From assembly GCA_907165135.1 (NCBI GenBank), contig OU015566.1, forward strand, positions 10,912,001 to 10,976,000: 64,000 nucleotides of DNA. Direction: 5' to 3'. Shown piece after piece: positions 1-10,286 of the stretch. This DNA is from Oikopleura dioica (lineage: Eukaryota > Animalia > Chordata). A program made the translations under genes and the position numbers. Numbering within the stretch: position 1 is the stretch's first letter; every line of letters begins with the position of its first letter. The notes below the pieces were generated by a model that had not been told where the DNA came from, made no database searches, and was given only the letters and a program-made list of their open reading frames with translations.

Positions 1-599
1 TATTTCTTCGAAGGGTTCATTAAAAAATGGCGAGCAGGTGTTGCGCAGTTTTAGAAGCGCTTAATGAGCAGAGTGAGGCACCACCAGTCGCGAGGCAAGA
101 ATTTCGCTGGTGGTTTTGGCGGTGGTGAACTTCGACGCTCAGACATTTGTGTGAATTGCTAATTCCATAACCAACCTTAAATACACTGTCGAGTACTTTG
201 CGGGCCATAAACACCATCAAATAATTAATTTGTTAGGAGCGGTAGCTTCTTAAAAACTGACGTCGCCTGATGATGTAACAAGTGGAGCAGAGGGTTTAAA
301 AGCGTGCGCCCTCATATTTCCCATGCATGATCGGCCCGTGCGCTAGAATCCAAAAAGCGTTTAGTGAAAATAATTATCATACTAATTCAATGAGAAAGAG
401 ATCGCTATATCATAGCCTATATGCATAGAAATACCGCCCGATAGAAGGAATCCAACTTGAACTCAATAATTTCAACGTTTCTTCTCTTAAAAGTTTTTCC
501 TGCATGCTCACGTGACTTTACGAAAAATAAACCAACCCAAAAATTTAACGGGGCCAAAATAAATTTAAAATCCCGAGGTCAGGATTTTCTCGCAAAGGC

Positions 600-2760
600 T
601 TGTTTTTGACGCACTTTGTTAGGGTACGTGGCGAGTTTGTCACATGATTGCTGCTGTCATTTCGATTTTCATCGGTTTGGAATTCAAAACATTCCAGTTT
701 ACGAATTTTTGGAAGGGCGGGTGTGACACTTGTGATCCGTAAACTCAGTAAACGTCCCTGCCGTCATCAAATTATACAAAAGCAGTTTGGGTTCAATATT
801 CACTGTATTTTAGCATTGGCAGCTGGGGATTTTAGTCTTTGGGTGATCGGATATTTCAAACAGATATGCCCCTCCTAATTTACGTAAGGGTGTAACTTCT
901 TCAACGAACTTTTTTGTTTGGGGCAAATAAAAAGTAAACGTAGCACAAAACGTACGGCGACATAAGAAAACTGGTACAAGGGTGGGATTGTCGTCTACCA
1001 GTGAAAATTTGATAAACCTATTGAACACTTGCGCTGAGACTCCTCAACGATAAGGCCTCGGTGAGAGATTATTACGTAAGGAAAGAGACAGGCCTGAACC
1101 GCAATAAATTTCAGCCATAATGAGATTCGTGATTTTTTTATTACTGAGGCTGTAGAACGTTTCTTCCAAATGCCTTCTATATTTGTCGGAGCTCTGATGT
1201 GGGAGGCGGCTACCGGTAGATAGGAACTGAGTTTACGCAGCTTTTGGAGCACCTAAGTGATGCTCCGTGGTGTTGTAAACGTGGTGGTGTAAATAAGCCG
1301 ATTTCATCAGGGAGCGTTGGACTTGCTCCTTCCTCCACCACCAAGAGTTGTACCACGTCATCCAAGTTGCGAAAGTTTGTTTATCACATCTCAAGCAACC
1401 GGTAGTTCCGCTCTTGATCAAACGATCAAAATTTCAGTTGAGCCGTGATTCAGAATCGTGTTCCCAATTAACCTATCACGTGTCAAATGCTCTTTTCATG
1501 GATAATTAAGAATTGGTTAGAACGCGTGCCTAGCTTTCTTTGGATTAAAGGTGGCGAACTTTTCCTGAATCTCTTCTCGCAATTTTTAACCTAGTTCCTC
1601 GCAACTGTCAGTCACGACTTGTCATCACCGCGATATTAGCTGTTAAACCTTGCATAATCTCAAATGTCTAGTTCAATTAAGTTTGACAAAGCTTCCACGG
1701 ACACCATTTCCGTTCTGATGCCAGGTTTTTACTGAATTTAAAAGGAAATAAGGGTGTCACAATATAAAACCTCGGGAAACAGCCAAATAGTAAATCGGTT
1801 TATTTATATCTAGACGTCTTATTTTTCAGCTAACTTGGCGCGTTTGGAACTTGACTTTAGAAAGCAAATCACTTGCAAGACGATAAACTGCAAGTTGAGT
1901 ATCTGATAGTGGCAAAACTGCTTGAGTTTGGATGCTTTTATCGTTCTACTCGAGAAAGTGATAAGAGCTGACTCTCGCACTTCAAGTGTTTTATAAATTG
2001 AACAGTAGATGCTCGCTGCGTAAGATAACGCTGCTCGAACTTGACTACTGGTAGTTGCATATTATGCAACTATATTATGCAATGCATAATTATGAAATTT
2101 TACAGCGTAGAAAATTAATCCTTACTGATACCAAAAAGCATCATTTTAAAATATCTCTGTGGTAATGTTGAGTTACAAGGTTCGTCTGTAGAGACTCAGA
2201 AGTGCGTAATTTGTCGAATAGCCTCGTCAAACATCTATAATTTTCTGCCCGCAAATTCGATCATCTCGAATCACTAGTTCTGGTTCCATCTTCAAATTTG
2301 TTTATTTCGTTTTACGTGTTAGCAACTGAACTGGGCCCGACCCACTTTGAACAAGTTCAATTTCTCAAGAAAAGTCTTCTTGCTAATGCTCCATCACGTG
2401 TAATGTAGGGTTGAAGTTGGGCTGAATTTGTGATTACAAACCGCGGGAGGGGTTACCGCTTCTCTTTTTGTGGCCGCTCTTTCACCAAAACTCGAGACTC
2501 TTTTGAGAAGGAACCGCCGATCGTTAACATCTCAAATATTTCCTCTGAAAATATTAAGCTAGTCATTTCTATATCCGTGCTCATCCAAGGGCTCAGGAAT
2601 TAGTCAGACGACCAAGTTTATCAAAATCAAGACGGTCTAGGAGCAATCTTCTATGTCTGAAGAACAGTTTAGAAAATTAAGAATGTGATGCTATCTTTCA
2701 CCAGATATACTAATACATATCTCCCATTGAAAGTGACGTAGATAGTCAATTAGTTAGTTT
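600..2760 (-). pseudogene. Degenerate, stop-riddled coding relic (virus- or TE-like); includes an AAA+/SF3 helicase-like motif
   Basis: Minus-strand frames read like protein across in-frame stops. At ~2360-2560: MLTIGGSFSKESRVLVKERPQKEKR*PLPRFVITNSAQLQPYITRDGALARRLF, resembling the motif C plus arginine-finger region. No intact Walker A seen. Confidence 0.25.
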
Positions 2761-2889
2761 TAACAATCGAGTGCGGCTGAAAACTGAATGGTCGTATTTT
2801 TATGATCGCTCACTCATTCAGAACGCCCGAAAAGCCCCCTTTTATACTCATTTTCTTGTAAAAAAGACGGAACAGAGATTTATGAAGCC

Positions 2890-4699
2890 ATGTCGCTCTT
2901 CGTTGACAATGAATACACACTTTCCGAGGACGATTTTGTTGCGTTGACAAATGAAAGAGACGTATCAAGAGGGATTATTAACAGAGACGCGAGGAGACCA
3001 GACAGAGGGTATAAATTCATAAGAGGAGAACCAGATGAAGATGATATTCAACAAGCATATCTTGGAAACTGCTGGTTTTTATCCGCCCTCTCAAGGTTTG
3101 AAACTCATCTTTTTTAGAAAAACCCTCATATTTTTTCAAGTCTGGCATTTACCGACCATGGGGATCGTCAACTCGTTCCTGTTTTGAACAAAACTTACAA
3201 TTCAAAAAATGGCCCTTCTCGTGGAAAACTCGTGTTCCAGTTCTTCCATTTTAACAAACTCGTCCGAGTTTACATTGACGATGTTCTTCCAGAAAAGCAA
3301 ATGATTAAGATCGGCGAGAGCGGAGAATACTGGGTAGCACTTTGCGAGAAGGCCTATGCCAAGCTCCTCGGCTCGTATCAGATTCAAGATGGAGGATGGC
3401 CGCGGTACTCGTTTTATCATCTCACTTGTGGGATTCCGATAGATGTTTATTTCAAAGATTATACGAACCAAGAACTGCCCCAGATCTTCGCGATTATGAA
3501 GGATATCATGGAGAATAATCCGGAAGTAGTATGGGCAGGGGTTGAATTTAGAAAATAATCCATCTGCGAAATTCTACAGAAACAACCACTCTAAGAACGC
3601 GGGAAATTTATACAACAATCGATATGGAGAATATGCCCAGAGAAGCCTTCAGACTGGGCATGCATATTCAATTCTAAAGCTCGACGAGGTGAAAAATGAT
3701 CAGAATAAGCGGCATCATTTGATTCTCATCCGCAATCCTCATGGTAAAGGATACAGTACAGAGTGGAAAGGAGACTGGTCGGATAAGTCATCAAAATGGG
3801 ATGAAGTGAGCTCCAGCGAAAAAAGACGCCTTAGGAAAGAGTTCAAATTTTTGATAGTCTTCCTTGATTTCATTTATTTTTCAACTTCGCTAAAAGGGAT
3901 TTTCAAAGTGCGCCATCATGGAATGGGTCGTTTTGGATGTCTTTTGACGATTTTGTTCGTCACTTTGAGATTGCGATTCTCTGTCGGTTGCCAACTAATT
4001 GGTCAAGTAGAGATGAAACAAGAGTCTTTGGAAAGTTCAAATTCGGCAGTAACTCTCCTCCGGTCGGAGGTATCAAGATCGCGAAAGAGGATGAAAATTT
4101 CCATCATCAGTTTTTGATCAAGACTGAAAACAATTACACCGATATTTGGCTGCATTTCATGCTCGATTCTCCTTATGACGGAGACAGGAAAGAGTTTTAT
4201 CTTTTAGCGATTGCTTCAGATAAATTAAAAATATAATAAAACCCATCAAAGAGAAAAATTCAACGTTCACTTTGAATTCTACGAAAATGTCCCAGAACGA
4301 ACACCGTTTGAAAAATACACTACTTCAAAGATTGGTGATTTTAACAAGCAACATCCCATCTTCCCTGGTCGCCCAAGCAGGTACTACGATTACAATGGAC
4401 GCCTGTTCGGTCGAGTCAAGAAAGGAACCCACCTAGTCACTTTTTCCGCGTGCCCAACAAGTCTAGGAATCAGAAAATGTGAATTCTTGGTCAAATGCAT
4501 CGCAAAGAACGCGCGAGTCATTGAAATCGGGAATCAAGGGCTCAAAATTGAAAAGGGCAAAAGCTACCCTCTTATCAGCTGGAAGGACTACAAGAGAACC
4601 GGTACTGAATCACGCGCTAGGGCAACGGCAAGGCGAATAAGAAAAACTACAACTTCGACAACAGGATGCTGCGGCTTCCAGCAAAAAACTCTTGAATAA
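2890..4699 (+). CDS. Calpain-like cysteine protease (CysPc domain plus domain III-like region), multi-exon
   Basis: DDIQQAYLGNCWFLSALS (catalytic Cys), YWVALCEKAYAKLLGSY, GHAYSIL (His), LIRNPHG (Asn), GSFWMSFDDFVRHF. Short GT-AG introns join the ORFs. 3' end uncertain. Confidence 0.9.
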
Positions 4700-4955
4700 A
4701 TTTTCTAGCCCTGACAACATTCCGACTGCAAAACAAAATTAATACAGAAAAAGTGCATGAAAGTTCTTAATGATTTCTTTTCGGTCTCAGGGGTTTTCCT
4801 TTTTCACAAAAGCTGGATAAATATTGGCTCCTTCTCTTTATATGGAACTGACTCTTCTGAAATCAAATATCAACACAGATTTATGAATATCCCGGCTCTT
4901 GGAGATCTTGATCTTCTTGCGAGTCAACGACGTACAATATTTTAGAGAAAGAGAG

Positions 4956-6122
4956 ATGGGACTTTGCTGTGGAAATAAATCTGTAAGTCAATTAATACGC
5001 ACTTTCTTTAATTCAAAACCTGAAGGTCCAGGTCCACGATCATGGCGAAGAAACGATAGAAGATGAAAATCGACGATTGAAAAAGGAGAATGAAGAGAAA
5101 GACAAAATTATTGCAGATATGAGCAGGGCCGCTGAATTCGGAGCGTTTACGTTTCTCCGCGATTTTTTCAGCGGAGAATCCGGAGCTTTTTCACGGAAGA
5201 TCCGTAGTTTTTGTCGCGGAAGATCCGCCGGTTTTCAGCGGAGAAAAAGGAGCGGAGAATCGCGGATGATCCGCCGAAATTTCCGCTCAAAAAACGAAAT
5301 TAAAGTGTGTTACGCTCTCATGATTGGCTAGAGAAAAAGGGTAGCGGAGAATCGCGGAAAATCCGCGCGCGGATAAAATCGGACGATCGGATGAGCGGAA
5401 AAAAGCGCGGAGAAACGGTTAAATCAGCGGATGTTCCGCCAAATAAATCGCGGAGAAACGTAAACGCTCCGAATTCGACAGCCCTGGATATGAGGGAAAA
5501 GATGAAAGAAATGCAGATGCAAATACAGATTCCCGGTTATGGAGGAGGCACCCAAGAAATCAAGCCTAATGTTCCAGGTAACACGACTTTTTTCGAAATT
5601 CTTGACCAGTTCTAGAGCTCACCGAGCGGCAGAAATTCGTTCTCAAGCATGGGAAAATGGAAGGTCATTACTTCGGAAACGATGCTGTTAAGGGGGTCCG
5701 CCCCCATCACGACGCCGAAGACTACATCGCCCTCCTTACCGCGATCGCGAATGGACTGCGTGAATTCAATATCAAATGCGATTTCAAGTCAGATGTGAGC
5801 ATGAGCCATTTGGGTTGGAAGATCAGGCAGACTTCCGGCATTCCTGCAATAAGCGTCCTTATTGGAAAGCCAGCCATTGAATGGGAACTCTTCTTGTCAA
5901 AAGATGGTCCGTTTGAAACTCATTTTTACTTTGTTGAGCATATTTTTAGATACTGCGATTCATTTCAAGGCAAAATGCGATTACATAGAAGAACCATCTG
6001 GGAAGTCTATCAAGACTCAGGATTGGGAAGAAAGCGAGAACGACGATGACGAAGCAAAAGTGTCTTTCATAACTGATGGAGAAGGAAAGATGGTCCGCTG
6101 GAATGTCACCATCCTCCCCTAA
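4956..6122 (+). CDS. Small protein: MGLCC acylation motif + coiled coil + unnamed C-terminal domain; exon 2 interrupted by a MITE
   Basis: Exons about 4956-4982, 5026-5577 (less the MITE), 5616-~5904 and ~5948-6122, with GT-AG introns. Removing the MITE and one TSD restores DKIIADMREKMKEM. The C-terminal domain is paralogous to 30.9-31.4 kb. Confidence 0.7.
5124..5486. mobile_element. hAT-type MITE (363 bp)
   Basis: ~40-bp TIRs (CAGGGC..GAATTCGGAGCGTTTACGTTTCTCCGCGATTT and its reverse complement), an 8-bp TSD GATATGAG at 5116-5123 and 5487-5494, and many internal (G)CGGAGAA subterminal repeats. Confidence 0.92.
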
Positions 6123-6149
6123 TGCCCATTTTATACTGCTTGACTACTT

Positions 6150-6660
6150 ATACAAAATATATCCTGCTGTTATTTTCAATTCTTAGAAAGAAAGATAAAC
6201 GTATTTCCTCATGAATCGAGAGCATCAGTAAAAAGCTCACATAACTCTTTAAAATATCAAATGGATCAAGCTTAATCTTGCACAAAAGTTCACTTGATCT
6301 TCGTGTGTCCCACTGTTTGTTCTCAGAAATTCTTCTCGATGGATTTTTGTATCGTGAGTAGACAACTGTATTGTTCCCTAGGAATATCTCAAGGTCGAAT
6401 TCCGACTGAGTGGCAATGAATTCATGAAAAGAAATTTATTCTTTTGATAAAAATACAGATGCTTTCGGGGTACATTCATGTCTTTCTGCAGTACATAGTG
6501 TTATGATTTGCCGATGGTGAATTTTTTTTTTGTTCTAGCAGAAAAGTGCACTTCGTAGCAATCAGAAATTATAGAGGACATTGGACCGCAGGCGGAAATG
6601 GCCTTCTGCAGCTAAGCAAACTCCGGTGAACATTATAAAAACATGTTCACAAGGGAGATA
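6150..6660 (-). pseudogene. Possible degraded tyrosine-recombinase (DIRS/Crypton-like) fragment
   Basis: Interrupted frame TLCTAERHEC...*ISFHE...SRYKNP...LDPFDILKSYV, loosely matching the YR box I (RxxE), catalytic Lys and LCPVxxLxxY pattern. Confidence 0.2.
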
Positions 6661-7304
6661 GACAGTCGGACATTACAGTGATAATGAGACAGCTTCCGGT
6701 TGCGCGCCTGAGCAAAGAAACCACCGCGAGAGGAAGTGCACATTAAAGTTCTGCTATTGATAGAGCAGTAGAATCGAGAGATTCTCATCATGGAAACCGT
6801 GTTGAAATAAGAAACGTACGTTTCAGCCTCGAAGTTTGAATACAGTCATTGGAATTTGAAGAATTCAAAGGATAATTTTTATTACTAGTGGGTGGTAGAC
6901 AGAGTTTCATACATTTTTCTTCTATTAATCGTAATTCTTATAACGATTTACTTTTATGGCTCGTTTTTTCACAGATTCTGGTGCTCATTAAAATCTCGTA
7001 AAATCATGCAAAACAAAATATAAAGCGAACAGAGTAAAGTTATTTCAAAAACTGTGCTTCAAAATTCAACTTATTTTGTCCATAATTAATAATCAATTAA
7101 TAACCGCTTACCAATAAAAAACGATAGATTTTCAAGCTAAAAATCTCAACACGTCATAAGCTATTTCAACTCTCCTTAGCATTTTTATTCCCTAGACGAC
7201 TGAAAATCCAACCCCTGTAGGCTGTAGCAATGCACTTTCTTTTAGATATCCTTGTTGTCTTCAAAGATAGATAAAGAAACTATATTTGAAATAGAATCAT
7301 TATA

Positions 7305-10260
7305 TTGAGAGGAGGAAGTAGCCAGTTCGTTGTTTCTCCGTGGTACCGCTGGGCAGTAGCACCGTCGCGCCGCTGTGGAGCGCGTTTGGTGTCCTCCATC
7401 TGCAGCAGGGGGCCCGCTGCGGCGCTGCGCATTTTACGTGACCCGGCTCACCAAGTTCACTTGAAGTTCAGAAATGTGCCGAGCTCTCTTTTCGCCCCTC
7501 CGTCGTCCCAGCAGCCATAGTCGCGTTATTCACCGACGCAAACGGCGGTGTTCTCCCTTTTCTTCGCCTTTTTTTCGCGTTTCGCTTCGCTCCAAGAGAA
7601 GCCGCGGCGCGGGCGACGTCGTAGCGAAGAGCAGTGCCCGCGCTCTCGACGATCGCGCTCCTGCGCAGCCGAGCTAGAAGACCTCGACCTGCTCAAAGAG
7701 AGACTCAGAGGGTGTTAATGAACGCTGACGCGCGTTAAGGATTTTGATACGAAAAAAAATCATCCGATGTTGGATTTCAAGAGAGCCACCCAGAAGAGCA
7801 AGAAACTAAGAGAATAATCTTAAAAGACGAGTATTACCCTCAATCATTGAAAACGTAGAAAATTTGATACAGCTTATTCATGAAAATATACTGTCATAAG
7901 TATGGCCGTAATAAATTTTCTATCAACCTATTGAATTACATATGCCATATAATATGTGAAATTGGGTACAGTTGGGAAACTGTATGGTCCTTAGAGATAA
8001 TTTTTCCTTTTTTAGCTATAAATTTTTAGGTGTTGTAAAATTGACCCAGAAACCTAGATATTTACCACTTACCGAGCATATCACTTTCTCGGTAGTAATG
8101 ACGTAGCCTAAATATATCAAACGTGTTGTTAGCACATTCTCAAGCGCCAACATTGCTCGAAGTAAGAACAGTAGCCTACCGAAACGGATAAGGAATCGAG
8201 ATCGATCTCGTTGTGAACCCTTACTAGGACGTCCTTGGTCTCGTGTCGTAACTTTGGACCTTTGGCCCTGGACGTAATTGTAAAGATTTCTGTGGGAAAG
8301 CTCCTACTGAAACTCAAATTTACAGTGTGCCCAAACGCGCCACGATTGTCACGACCGATACCAACACTGACGTCAAATCCACATTCCGCCACTCTGACTA
8401 GGGCTCACTTCCGAGTGCAGTTTCTGGCATTTTTGACACATCTTAGAAGCACCGTAAAATAACATTTACTCACATACCACTGCTTATAAACATAAATGGG
8501 GAAAATAGGATCATCTCCGATGATGTTATTAACATGTGTAAATTGGGAATGACAAGGGATGAAGATACTCATCTTATCTTTTAGTATTTGACAACATAAC
8601 GATTTCGTTATTATTATAATTTTTATTATTAAAGTTAATTTAGTTAATAGTTGAAAAATAAGAAACTAATCTTGGTTTGAGGAAAAGTGAATAAATGATG
8701 ATTCTTCTAGCGCCAAATTTAGCTCCTAAACACCACTTGTTGACCCCAAGTGACCCTAGAAATAAAGGTAGCGACTTTGTGCCCACCTCGCGCCCTCAGC
8801 TAGCGCGTGTGCGCCCCTCTCTCTTTCGTTTACCGTACAACAGTCTTGTGGTAGTAAGTTCCATCGTGCGCTGGTGCGTGCGTTGCCCCGCTGCTACGAG
8901 CTGGTTAACCCGCGCCCGTCAGTAGTAGGAGAGGGTCCGGGCAGATTCTACACGAAGAGACGAGTCGCTCACGAGCAGAAGAGAACGCAGATAATCGTTT
9001 TTTTCCCACGCCCGAGCGGAGGAACCTCTTCAAGCGAACTTCAACTTGAGCTTGACAATGACCCGTTTCTAGCGGTATTTTCTTATCAACAAACGCTTCC
9101 AGTACTATAAATGGATATAGCCGCATGCGGCTGATCCATTTATTAATAAAAATGAGCCGCAAGCGGCTTATTTTCTAATCAATAATATATTTCTTCCCAA
9201 TGATATTTTGTTGATAAATTAATTCCATCGTTTATGTATCAATTAATGCATCATCCTTCATTTCTAGATATATTTTCATTTTGACCCCTAATGTATTGAT
9301 TACAGTAGATTTTTTAACTTCAGATTCGACGGAGCAAGAGGTAGGGACATGTTAAGGCTTGGTTCCATGTGTAACTGGATGGGGAACGATTAGGGCGGCT
9401 TGTGCGGCAAGTTCAAGAGCAGATGGCGGACACTGCGACATCACGTGCTCACTCTCCAAGCAGCACGGAGAAAGTATATCGTCCAAAACGTGTGACCGGA
9501 AATTTGAGACATTTTCAGAAGGGCCCTGATCCCTCGAGAGAGTTGCAGCGCGGCCAAAGGACGCTTCTTTCCGGGCACACCCGCCGCAGGGGTTTCAGTT
9601 TTTAACCCGCCCGCGCGCCGCGTTCGACGACGCCGCCGCCCCTCGACGAAATAAAGAAGATTAGAGAGCTGTTAAACAAAAGCAAAACCATAAGATTGCA
9701 TTTTACTTTAGATTATGGTTTCTTTTTCGAATTCTTGCGATTTCCCCGAAAATGAACCCCATGCTTATGATACCGGTTTTTCGGGTGTTGTTTTAAGGCT
9801 TCATTTTCCACAAGGGTTAATTCCGTCCCGTGGAAAATGGGTTTTAGCAATACCCGCCGTTAGTCACTATCGACCATCAAAGAAGCTAGAGAATCCTGTT
9901 GGAGAGTGAAGAATCTTCTGGAAGCGCGTCGCAAGAATCGTCTCAGGAATTTCTCGACTAATGCGGGCCCACCCAGCTTGGGCGATTAGTAGCCATCAAT
10001 AAATATTGCGTTTCTTGTGGCCGCGGAAAGTGATCTTGACGCTTCCGGTGAATAGTCCTCCTTGATCCCAATATCGAATAACCGGCCTTGGAGACTCTCT
10101 CGCGGGTCAAGTTCTTTAAAATCGACTTTATTGACCATTAGATTCGATGTTCTGAATCTTTCGCCGCTTCCGTTCTCAAGAAAATGTCATTCATGCAGAC
10201 CCTAAGCTCTTCCTATCTCACAAGGCTTTATAAAACATAAGGGAGCGAGCCGTTTCCGCG
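7305..10260. mobile_element. Gene-free tract with GC/CpG-rich retroelement-like fragments (7305-7745, 8740-9110, 9400-9650) and decayed ORFs (8130-8460, 9660-10200 minus)
   Basis: Sharp GC/CpG enrichment against an AT-rich background, frames broken by stops, and no spliced gene recognisable. No LTR pair, PBS or TSD could be identified. Confidence 0.3.
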
Positions 10261-10286
10261 GAAAATGAGATCAGAGGAGTGGGAAT

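Noticed and set aside
4600-5030. Fusion of the calpain with the downstream coiled-coil/unknown-domain exons
   Set aside because: No frame-consistent splice found. The downstream unit has its own acceptor, ATG and N-terminal MGLCC motif, which only works at a protein start.
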